Shown here: piece by piece, positions 9,630-19,100 of the stretch | Layout: each line of letters opens with the position of its first letter | Numbering within the stretch: the first letter of the stretch is position 1 | NCBI GenBank assembly: GCA_032249135.1 | Contig: JAVVGL010000001.1 | Span: 1-64,000, forward strand | DNA: 64,000 bases | Source: Candidatus Calescibacterium sp. | GTDB lineage: Bacteria > Calescibacteriota > Calescibacteriia > Calescibacteriales > Calescibacteriaceae | Direction of reading: 5' to 3' | The notes under the pieces: model-generated | Seen by the model: the letters and a program-made list of their open reading frames with translations, nothing else | Databases searched by the model: none | What the model was told of the DNA's origin: nothing | Translations under genes and position numbers: made by a program

Positions 9630-10742
9630 ATGAGAAATAAGATAACAAAAAAGATAGGAATTGTATCCCCCTATTTTTTCCCTCATGTTGGCGGAGTTAC
9701 AAATCATGTTTGGAACAAGTATATTTGGTTAAAAAATCTTGGATTTGAAGTGAAAGTTATAACTCCGGATTTTGGAAAAAGCGAATTTGATAATGAAGAT
9801 ATAATAAAAGTTGGGAAGCCAATCCCAATAATATATAACGGTTCAATTACTTTTATTTCACTTTCTTTCAAAGTAAAGGATATTCTCGAAAGAGAGAAAT
9901 TTGACATCATTCATGCCCACGAACCCTATACTCCATTTTCCTTTCTTTTTATAAGAAACTCGGAGAAAAGTGTTTGTACATTTCATGCTTTCAGAGAAGA
10001 ACCAGAGAAAATCCTCGTAAAAATGGGAGAACCTTTAATAAAAACGCTCAGAAAAAAAATTTCAAAAGTTATAACTGTTTCTAAATCGGCTCAGAAAATT
10101 GTAAAGGAAACTTTTAGAATAGATGAAGAAAAAACAGTAGTTATACCAAACGGAATAAATTATGACTTTTTTGCAAAAGCAGAACCTATAAAATCTTTGC
10201 AAGACGGAAAATTTAACATCCTTTTTGTGGGGAGACTGGAACCGAGAAAGGGAGTAAAGCATCTCATAAGAGCTTACAGAATATTCAAAAAAATAGTTCC
10301 TGAATCTCGCCTCATAATAGTTGGAGAAGGAATGAAAACATATTATCTTTCATTTGTGACAGAAGACATAGAAAAGAATGTGTGGTTTGTTGGTTCTGTT
10401 CCGTCAAATACACTAGCTCAACTTTATAAATCAGCAGATATTTGTGTTTTTCCGTCAACGAGAGGAGAAAGTTTTGGAATAGTATTAATAGAGGCTATGG
10501 CTGCTGGAAAACCTGTTATAGCAGGAAATTGTGAAGGATATAAAGAAACACTTGAAAACGGTAAATACGGAATAATTGTTGATCCAAAAGATGAGGATTC
10601 TTTAGCAAGAGCTATGGTAGAACTATACTACAAAGAAGATTTGAGAAAAGAACTTTCTTTACGAGGTCAAGAGTATGCAAAAAAGTTTGATTGGTCAAAC
10701 ATAATTCAAAAAATAGTGAAAGTGTACAATGAGCTTTTTTGA
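9630..10742 (+). CDS. Glycosyltransferase family 4 (PimA-like)
   Basis: GGVTNHV, IPNG, FVGRLEPRKG, ESFGIVLIEAMAAG. Confidence 0.9.
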   Translation: MRNKITKKIGIVSPYFFPHVGGVTNHVWNKYIWLKNLGFEVKVITPDFGKSEFDNEDIIKVGKPIPIIYNGSITFISLSFKVKDILEREKFDIIHAHEPYTPFSFLFIRNSEKSVCTFHAFREEPEKILVKMGEPLIKTLRKKISKVITVSKSAQKIVKETFRIDEEKTVVIPNGINYDFFAKAEPIKSLQDGKFNILFVGRLEPRKGVKHLIRAYRIFKKIVPESRLIIVGEGMKTYYLSFVTEDIEKNVWFVGSVPSNTLAQLYKSADICVFPSTRGESFGIVLIEAMAAGKPVIAGNCEGYKETLENGKYGIIVDPKDEDSLARAMVELYYKEDLRKELSLRGQEYAKKFDWSNIIQKIVKVYNELF

Positions 10743-11746
10743 TGTTAAATGACGAAATAGAAAAAATAGAGAAAATAAAATACTTAGAGGAAAGGGAAGA
10801 AAGGTTAGATAAATTATTATCTGAGAAACTTAATATATCAAGAAGCTTCATTCAGAAAATTATTGAGCAAGGATTTGTAAGTATTAACAACAAAGTTGCA
10901 ACTAAAAAATCAGAAAAAATAAAGAAAGGAGATATTATAGAAATAAAAATTCCAAGAGAAAAGAAAATCAAAATAGAAAAGAGTGATTTTCCTATTGAGA
11001 TATTGTACGAAGACGAAGATTACCTTGTTTTGAATAAACCAGCAGGTATAGTTGTTCATCCATCAGGTGAGTATAAAAAGGACACGATAGTAAATATAAT
11101 ATTAGATAAAATAGAATTTGAGGTAGAAGATGAGGTATCAGAAATTTCTCTGAAAAGAGGTCAAATAAGACCCGGTATAGTTCATAGATTAGACCGTGAA
11201 GTTTCAGGGGTTCTTATTGTAGCTAAAAACCAAAAATCAGCTTCAAAAGCCTCAGAAGCATTCAAAGAAAGAAAAGTAAAAAAAGTATATTTAGCGTTGT
11301 GCTTTGGGAAAACTGAAAAAAAAGAATGGATAATAAAAAAACCAATAGGAAGAAGTAGAGGAGAAAAAATAATGCGAATAAGCGAAAAAGGAAAATCAGC
11401 AGAAACAATAGTAAGAAAAATAATTTCTGATGACCAAAGAAACCTAACATTATTTGAGGTAGAACCGATAACAGGAAGGACACATCAGATAAGAGTTCAT
11501 CTTTCGTCAGAAGGTTTCCCAATAGTCAAAGATGAAATGTACGGTGGAGGAGGTCAAAAATTAGAAAAACTCAAAAAACAAATTGGAGAAAAATTTTTTG
11601 AACATGAAGGCATATTTTTACACGCACTATCAATAGAAATATTTGGCAAAAAATTTGTAGCTCCACTACCTTGGTACTTTGAAGGAATTATAAAATCTCT
11701 TTGGGGAGAGCTTCCTCCCACAATTTCCGAAGTTCTGAAATCTTAA
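10742..11746 (+). CDS. rluD: RluA/RluD-family 23S rRNA pseudouridine synthase with S4 domain
   Basis: ERLDK S4 motif, NKPAG, GIVHRLD, TGRTHQIRVH; TGATG coupling to the upstream gene. Confidence 0.9.
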   Translation: MLNDEIEKIEKIKYLEEREERLDKLLSEKLNISRSFIQKIIEQGFVSINNKVATKKSEKIKKGDIIEIKIPREKKIKIEKSDFPIEILYEDEDYLVLNKPAGIVVHPSGEYKKDTIVNIILDKIEFEVEDEVSEISLKRGQIRPGIVHRLDREVSGVLIVAKNQKSASKASEAFKERKVKKVYLALCFGKTEKKEWIIKKPIGRSRGEKIMRISEKGKSAETIVRKIISDDQRNLTLFEVEPITGRTHQIRVHLSSEGFPIVKDEMYGGGGQKLEKLKKQIGEKFFEHEGIFLHALSIEIFGKKFVAPLPWYFEGIIKSLWGELPPTISEVLKS

Positions 11747-13913
11747 AAGAAAAGAATCCCTCAACCTCAAATATATCATTTTCCACAGCTTCTCCCACAA
11801 CCTGATACGGAATTCTGTTTTTATTGCATAACGATACAAACTCCTCAAATTTTTTCTTTGGAACTCCAACTACATAAAGAGGATAACATTCCGAAAAGAA
11901 ATACAACTCCCATTTTGACTCATCTTTTACAAAAACTTTTTTTAGCTTAACTCCGACTTCTGACATTCTCGGAGAGAAAATTCCAAAAACAGCAGATTCA
12001 AAAATACTTGGTAATATTCCTCCATCAGAAACATCGTGCGCCGAACTAACTATACCTTGTGAGACAACATTTCTTATAAATTCGCCTAATCTTTTTTCAA
12101 GTGAAAAATCTGGCTCCTTCAAAATTCCACCTACCTTTTCAAAATTAACATACATAAAAAGACTACCAGCAAGTTGAGGATATACTTCTCCAACCAAAAC
12201 TATAAAATCTCCTGGATCAAAATAATTTTTTGGCGAAAAATTAAAAGGATAGATTTCACCTATTGTTCCTATAACTGGTGTTGGTGGAATTGAAACTCCT
12301 TCAAACTCATTATAGAAACTGACATTACCTGAAACGACAGGAATTCCAAGTTCATTTAGAGCCTTTGCCATACCCTCAACAGAATTTACAAACTCCCACA
12401 TAACCTCCTCATTTTCAGGATTACCGAAGTTGAGATTATTTGTTATTGCAACAGGTTCAGCTCCGACACAAGATATGTTCCTAAAACCTTCAAGTACACA
12501 CAAAATCGTTCCTATATATGGGTCAATAAAAGTGTAGAGAGGGTTCGCATCCAAAGAAATCGCAATTGCAATATCGTCGTCTGATGCTTTCTCGTATTCG
12601 TTAAAACTTCTGAATTTGCTTATTCTGACTATACCTGCATCTGCACCAGCAAAGGAGCAAGTTTGCCCTAAAACTGTTGAATCGTATTGTTCAAAAACAA
12701 ATCTCTTTGAAGCGAAGAGAGGATGGGTTAAAATCTTCAAAAAAGTTTCTGCTGGATCTTTTGGAGTTGGAAACTTTTCAACTGCGACCTGCCTTAAAGA
12801 ATCTATCCATATAGGTCTTTTTTGCGGTCTATCATATACAGGAGATTTTTTGATGAGAGCATCAATAGGAATAGAGATGACTTTCTTTCCATTTTCAAAA
12901 ACATCATAGTTTTTTGTATCTTGCAGCTCACCTACTATTTCACATTCAAGCCCCCATTTTTGAGCAATAGCTTTTATTTTGTCAAAGTATTCTTTTTCTG
13001 CAACCAAAAGCATCCTCTCCTGTGATTCAGAAAGCAGAACTTCTATTGGTAATAGTGGCTGTCTTTTTGGCACTGCCGAGACATCAACTTTTACTCCAAA
13101 ATCTCCTTTTGCTGCGACCTCTGATGTTGAATTCAAAAAGCCTGCTGCTCCCATATCTTGCATAGCTATTATTTCTATGCCAGATGAGAGTATTTCTAAA
13201 ACTGCCTCTATAAGACATTTTTCTGTGAAAGGGTCTCCTATTTGCACAGCAGATCTTTTCTGAACTATGTTTCTGTCAAAGGCAGAAGAAGCCATAGAAG
13301 CTCCTCCTATTCCGTCCGCTCCTGTCTTTCCTCCAAGGTAAATTAGGACTCCTTTTTTTGAGGGCTTACTTGAAACAGGTTCAATGCCATCAGGTATTAC
13401 TCCGACACACATGACATTGACAAGGATGTTATGATCAAAATAGTTATAAAACAGAGTTTGCCCTCTGACTATTGGTATTCCAACGGAGTTTCCATAATCT
13501 GAAATTCCTTCAATGACTCTTTCGCATAAGTACTTCATTTTTCTTTCTTTTATGTTTCCGAAGCATAGAAAATCTGCAAGAGCAATTGGACGAGCTCCAA
13601 CACATAAAACATCTCTTATTATTCCTCCAACTCCCGTAGCAGCGCCAGAATAAGGCTCAATATAAGATGGGTGATTATGAGATTCAATCTTGAAAGCTAT
13701 ACGCGTTCCGTTTTTTAACTTAACTATTCCTGAATTTTCTCCGGGACCTGCTATTACTCTTGGAGAAGAAGTTGGGAGTTTTCTGAGATGAATTTTTGAG
13801 GATTTGTAAGATGCATGTTCACTCCAAAGTGCATCAAAGATTAAAAGCTCTTCATGTGTCGGTTCCCTTCCAAGAAGTTTTTTTATTGTTTCTATCTCAC
13901 TTGAAGTAAGCAT
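11688..13913 (-). CDS. purL: Phosphoribosylformylglycinamidine synthase subunit PurL
   Basis: WSEH.SYKSS, ESHNHPS, QDMGAAG, SESQERM, HDVSDGG. Confidence 0.97.
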   Translation of the reverse strand: MLTSSEIETIKKLLGREPTHEELLIFDALWSEHASYKSSKIHLRKLPTSSPRVIAGPGENSGIVKLKNGTRIAFKIESHNHPSYIEPYSGAATGVGGIIRDVLCVGARPIALADFLCFGNIKERKMKYLCERVIEGISDYGNSVGIPIVRGQTLFYNYFDHNILVNVMCVGVIPDGIEPVSSKPSKKGVLIYLGGKTGADGIGGASMASSAFDRNIVQKRSAVQIGDPFTEKCLIEAVLEILSSGIEIIAMQDMGAAGFLNSTSEVAAKGDFGVKVDVSAVPKRQPLLPIEVLLSESQERMLLVAEKEYFDKIKAIAQKWGLECEIVGELQDTKNYDVFENGKKVISIPIDALIKKSPVYDRPQKRPIWIDSLRQVAVEKFPTPKDPAETFLKILTHPLFASKRFVFEQYDSTVLGQTCSFAGADAGIVRISKFRSFNEYEKASDDDIAIAISLDANPLYTFIDPYIGTILCVLEGFRNISCVGAEPVAITNNLNFGNPENEEVMWEFVNSVEGMAKALNELGIPVVSGNVSFYNEFEGVSIPPTPVIGTIGEIYPFNFSPKNYFDPGDFIVLVGEVYPQLAGSLFMYVNFEKVGGILKEPDFSLEKRLGEFIRNVVSQGIVSSAHDVSDGGILPSIFESAVFGIFSPRMSEVGVKLKKVFVKDESKWELYFFSECYPLYVVGVPKKKFEEFVSLCNKNRIPYQVVGEAVENDIFEVEGFFSFKISELRKLWEEALPKEIL

Positions 13914-13933
13914 ATATTTTATTAGATTAAGTT

Positions 13934-15151
13934 TTATTTTATCAATTCTGCCATTTTGCTTTCAACGATCTCCATAAGTTTCTCTCTGGCTTTTTTAAGC
14001 AAGAAAGAATCTTCAAGTTCCTCTTTTTTTGACTCAAATAACCTATTTACTTCCTCTTCAGTAAGCCTATATTGAGTGGATATTTCTTTGAGGTTTTGAC
14101 GAATCTCCTCTTCTGAGAGTTTGAGTTGCATATCTTCTATAAGATTATAAAGTACAATATCTTCCAATGCAAGGGTAGTTGCCGAGGTAGCTAATTTTTC
14201 CTTATCAATATTAGGATTATCGTCTAAAATTTGCCTTGCTTTCTGTTGAAATAAAGATTGTGGGATAGGAAGATTATTTTTTTGTGATATGTTGAAAATT
14301 AAAGTAAAGTAAAGGATATTTTTAAGTTCAGCTTTCTTTCTTTCTTCTATCCTTTTTTTTATCTCTTCATAAAATTCTTCTTTACTTTTATAGCCAAGAG
14401 TTTTTACAAGATCATCTTCTGATGGTATAACTTTCTTTTTTATAGATTTGAGAGTGATTCTAAATTTTTTGTCTCCACGGTCCACATACGCTATTCCTTC
14501 TCTCGTTTCTCCTACCTTCATACCCACAACGAGTTTTTTGAACCATTCATAAGCTGATGTAAGATCAACAAAAACATCCTTTTGATTTATGTAAGTTCTT
14601 GCTGTTGCTATATCTTTTGCAAATATGTCAAAAACTCCGGAACTATTTTCAGTCAGTTCCGATTGCTCTGGATCATCAACAATTGTTGTATATCTTTTTT
14701 TAAGGATTTCTATTTCTTCTTTTATGTCTTCATCAGAAACTTTTGCGTCAAAATTATCTGGCTTTTTTAGATCAACATCAAGAGAAATCTTTTTTCTTGG
14801 AAGAACCTCACAAGATAGAGAAAACTCAATATTGTCTCCTTTTTGCGACCAGACCAAAGATTCTATCTTATATATTTTGATCCAGTGATTTTTCTTTTTT
14901 GTTTCTTCCTCCAATGCTTCCCATATTTTCTCTCTTATTGAATTAGCTTTTATTTCTTCGCCATATCTTTTTTCTACTATATCAAGGGGGACTTTCCCTG
15001 GTCTGAACCCTTCTATTTTTACAGTTTTTGCGTATCTTTCAAGTTCCTTTGCATATATATCTTTAAGTTCATCCCATGATATAGTTCCAGAAACAGAAAA
15101 CCATGCACCTATATTCTTATCATCCTCTTTCCTTTGAATATTTATTACCAT
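13934..15151 (-). CDS. tig: Trigger factor (divergent FKBP domain)
   Basis: Ribosome-binding signature GFRPGKVP; size about 400 aa. Confidence 0.85.
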   Translation of the reverse strand: MVINIQRKEDDKNIGAWFSVSGTISWDELKDIYAKELERYAKTVKIEGFRPGKVPLDIVEKRYGEEIKANSIREKIWEALEEETKKKNHWIKIYKIESLVWSQKGDNIEFSLSCEVLPRKKISLDVDLKKPDNFDAKVSDEDIKEEIEILKKRYTTIVDDPEQSELTENSSGVFDIFAKDIATARTYINQKDVFVDLTSAYEWFKKLVVGMKVGETREGIAYVDRGDKKFRITLKSIKKKVIPSEDDLVKTLGYKSKEEFYEEIKKRIEERKKAELKNILYFTLIFNISQKNNLPIPQSLFQQKARQILDDNPNIDKEKLATSATTLALEDIVLYNLIEDMQLKLSEEEIRQNLKEISTQYRLTEEEVNRLFESKKEELEDSFLLKKAREKLMEIVESKMAELIK

Positions 15152-15214
15152 TTTATTATTTTCTCCTTTCTTTTACTAAATTTAGCATTTCAATTTAATT
15201 TGGCTAATTTTATA

Positions 15215-15442
15215 TTAGCTGAACTTTTCTTTTGCGAAATCTTTATATCTTTTTCTGAATTTTTCTATCATACCAAATTTATCTACGAGTTTTTCTTCTT
15301 CTGTTCCTTTGTAGAAAGGATGGCAGCGAGAGCATATTTCAATTTGATAATCTTCTCCCCTTGTAGATCTTACCTCAAATGAGTTCCCGCACGCACAGGT
15401 AACTCTTACAACTTTATATTCAGGATGTATTCCCTTCTTCAT
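15215..15442 (-). CDS. rpmE: 50S ribosomal protein L31 (Zn-binding type)
   Basis: MKKGIHPEY, CACG, CSRCHPFY. Confidence 0.97.
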   Translation of the reverse strand: MKKGIHPEYKVVRVTCACGNSFEVRSTRGEDYQIEICSRCHPFYKGTEEEKLVDKFGMIEKFRKRYKDFAKEKFS

Positions 15443-15567
15443 AATGAGTTAAAAATAAGATAACGAAAGTTAGAATGGGAAAAATCAAAATAAAATTGTC
15501 TTTTTGTAATCATCCGAAAAAGTATAAATAAGTTTTGATTTGCAACAAATTTGTGTAGTAAAACATA

Positions 15568-16029
15568 AATCAGGTTGTTTTGTTCATAGGAGAATGGAAA
15601 CCTCCACCAGATACTTTCAAATCTGGTTCCCTAACTTTAAAATACAAAGTTATAGATGTGAAAAAGGAAATACCAGAACTTTACAAGGAAAGTTTTCTTA
15701 TATCAACTTGCATCGGCATAGGTTTCAAACCTTTAATCCTTCCTCCTTACCCCACTTATAAAGAAAAGTTTTTCTTATATCAACCTGTATTGGCATAGGT
15801 TTTACCTTTATTTCAATATCAAATAAACCAGCTAAAAAACTTATGCTATTATAAATTTAATAAATATCGTTCCTGTTGCTTCTGAGAAAATCTCTTTTAA
15901 AATTGGATCAAACCTTTTTAGATCTTTTTTTGTATCTTCCTTTTCCTTCTCTTCCCTTCCTTTATTTTCCTTTTCTTTCTTTTCGTTTTCTTTCTCCCTT
16001 CCTATTTTTTCATTTTTTTCATTTTTCAT
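15568..16029. pseudogene. Fragmented Rpn/PD-(D/E)XK 'putative transposase'-like gene relic, with pieces on both strands
   Basis: Minus strand: KRFDPILKEIFS (N-term-like), then frameshifted SISFLAGLFDIEIKVKPMPIQVDIRKTFLYKWGKEEGLK (C-term-like). Plus strand: QVVLFIGEWKPPP...YKVIDVK (middle-like). Family call is from recalled resemblance only. Confidence 0.55.
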
Positions 16030-16168
16030 ACTAACTTGTTTTTTCGTTCTTGTTTCAAATTAGAATTTTACTTATTTGCGGAGCAAAATATAAAGGCAAT
16101 TTCGGTATCTCCTATTGATAAAAAAAGATCTGCTTATATGGAAATAGATTAACTAATTATAAATAAAC

Positions 16169-19100
16169 CTACTGGTTTTGTGTTATTGATATTCCCTTTG
16201 ATGCCGGCGGGAGAAAATCAGCAAAATCTCTCTCAATCTTCAAAATTGCATCTTTGAGGAAATTTGATTTATACTTTTGAAACTCCTTCGGAACAACCAC
16301 CCGAACCATATCTATTTCTGAAAGGAGTTTTTTTGGAACATCGGAACCGGTCTGAACAGCATGCAGATAAAGAAGTCTCTCTAAAACTTTGAACTCTTCT
16401 TCCTCATCAATATTCTTCAAGAAAATCCATTCAGAATTTATAAGACGCGGGAGTAAATCAGACCACATAACAAATCCTATCCCCCCTGTCATACCAGCTC
16501 CAAGATTTTTCCCAACAGGTCCTGCAACAACGCAAATTCCCCCTGTCATATACTCCATACAGTGATCCCCTGCTCCTTCAATTACTGCGAACACTCCTGA
16601 ATTTCTTACCGCAAATCTTTCCCCTGCTCTTCCCTTCACAAAAAGATATCCAGAAGTTCCTCCGTATATACAAACATTTCCGATTGCCACAGCATTCTCT
16701 ACCGGAGGTATTACAACTATTTCTCCGCCTGAAAGAGCTTTACCAAGATAATCATTAGCCACTCCGTGCAGTATAAATCTCATACCTCGTGTAAGGAATG
16801 CTCCGAAACTTTGACCTGCAACCCCTTCAAACTCTATTTCAACCGTTCTTGGTTTTAGTCCGGGTTTTAAAGATATTCCATCTCCCCATTTTTTCGCTAT
16901 TAGACCTGCAAGTGTTGCTCCAACAGACCTATGGGAGTTATTTATTTTATATTTGAGCTTTAATTTCTTACCCTTCTCTAAATTCTCCCAAGCGTCTTTG
17001 ACTATTCTCCCGTTCAGGTCTTCTTCTTCCGTTTCTGGTCTATCGTTTCTTGGCAGCTTGTTTGAAATTGATTTTTGAGACAGAATTTCCAATATTCTTT
17101 TATCAAGCATTTCATCAATTTCTGAATCTGATTTATCGGGCAAGTCATATACGAAAGGATTTTCACCCCCTTCTGCTATATTCAAGAACAACTTTTTCAG
17201 GTACGATATATTTACATTCTTTTTAGTTTTTTCAAGTTGAATATTTTTTGGTTTTATAAGGTCGATTCTACCTATTATTTCATTTAATGAACGAGCACCA
17301 AGTGATGCTAAAATTTCTCTGACTTCCTCCGCAATAGCTATAAAATATCTCTCTATCCTTTCTGGGAAACCCGGGAACTTTCTCCTTAATTCCTCCTTTT
17401 GGCTTGCTATACCAACGGGACATGTATTGAGGTGGCATTGCCTTGCCATAATACATCCAATAGCTATCATGGCTGAGCTTCCAAACCCGTATTCTTCTGC
17501 ACCTAAAACTGCTGCTTTGACAACATCCCAGCCGTTAAGCATTCCTCCATCTACTCTCAATCTTACTCTCTCTCTTAAATCATTCCAGATAAGTATGGCT
17601 TGTGTTTCAATAAGCCCAAGTTCCCATGCTATTCCAGCGTTTTTGATTGAGCTTGCAGGCGATGCACCTGTTCCTCCATCATGACCTGATATCTGGATTG
17701 TGTCGGCATAAGCTTTCGCAACGCCTGCTGCTATTATTCCTACCCCAGCCTCCGCAACAAGTTTGACAGATACTCGGGCCTGCGGATTAACTTTTTTGAG
17801 ATCATATATAAGTTGTGCCAAATCTTCTATTGAATAAATATCGTGATGTGGGGGTGGAGATATAAGAGTTATACCGGGAACAGCTCTTCTGACCCTTGCT
17901 ATCTCTTCCGTAACTTTTATTCCGGGAAGCTGTCCGCCTTCTCCTGGTTTTGAACCTTGCGCAATTTTTATTTCAAGTTCTCTACAATTTACAGCGTACT
18001 CAGTTGTGACACCAAATCTACCAGATGCAATTTGTTTCATAGTGCTTGAAGCTAGATCACCGTTTTCATAAGGTTCAAATCTTCTTGGATCTTCTCCACC
18101 CTCTCCGCTTCCCATATTTGCTCCAATTCTGTTTACTCCTATTGCGAGTGTTTCATGAGCCTCGGGTGATAGTGCTCCAAAGGACATAGAAGAAACATAA
18201 AACCTTTTTACTATATTCTCAACCGGCTCAACCTCATCTATTGGTACTGGGTCTCCTAGAGGTTTTATATCAAAAAGGTCTCTTATTTTTACCGGTGGTC
18301 TTGACTGAACTTGTGCTGTAAACTCTTTGTAAAACTCCTTGTTTCCGGTTTCTGTGAATTTGTGTAAGGGTCTGAAAACAAATGGGTTTTTCTCGTGATA
18401 CTCCCTACCTCTTATGAACTTAAAAAATCCGAGATTTGGAAGCAAAGGAGATGGATCTTCTGACCATCTATAAAACTCAATATAGTCGTCTGCGAGTTCT
18501 TCATAGCCTACACCGTCTTGACCGAACCAATTAGGAGTTCCTGTGAAGCAGAAATCAACAATCTCATCTTTAAGTCCAATTATTTCAAATATTTGAGCAC
18601 CTCTATAACTTGAAATGTGAGAGATTCCCATTTTGCTCATTATCTTTTTTATTCCCTTTTCAACCGCAGATTTGTAGTTTTTGACGAGCTTTAATCTATC
18701 TTGAATTTCCTGAGCTTTACCTCTGTGCTCTTCTTTTATGTGATAAGCTGTCAAGAATGCGAGCCAAGGTAAAATTGCGTCTGCACCGTATCCCAGAAGA
18801 CAAGCAAAATGATGTTCTTCTCTTGGCTCTCCGCTATCAACTACAATAGAAGCTTTTAGCCTCAAACCTCTTCTCACAAGCTCTTGATGAACTGCTCCGA
18901 CAACCATCAGCGATGGGATAACGACTTTTCCATCTTTTCCGGCAGTTCTATCAGAAAGTATTATAAGCTTTATTCCATCTTTTTCAACCGCATCAGCTGC
19001 CTCGTAGGCTATACTGTAAATTTTTTCTCTGAGCGAGGATTTTCTGTTCAGATCAAAGACAGTTTCAAAAATTCTGAAAGGCAAATTCTTTTTCAGTTCC

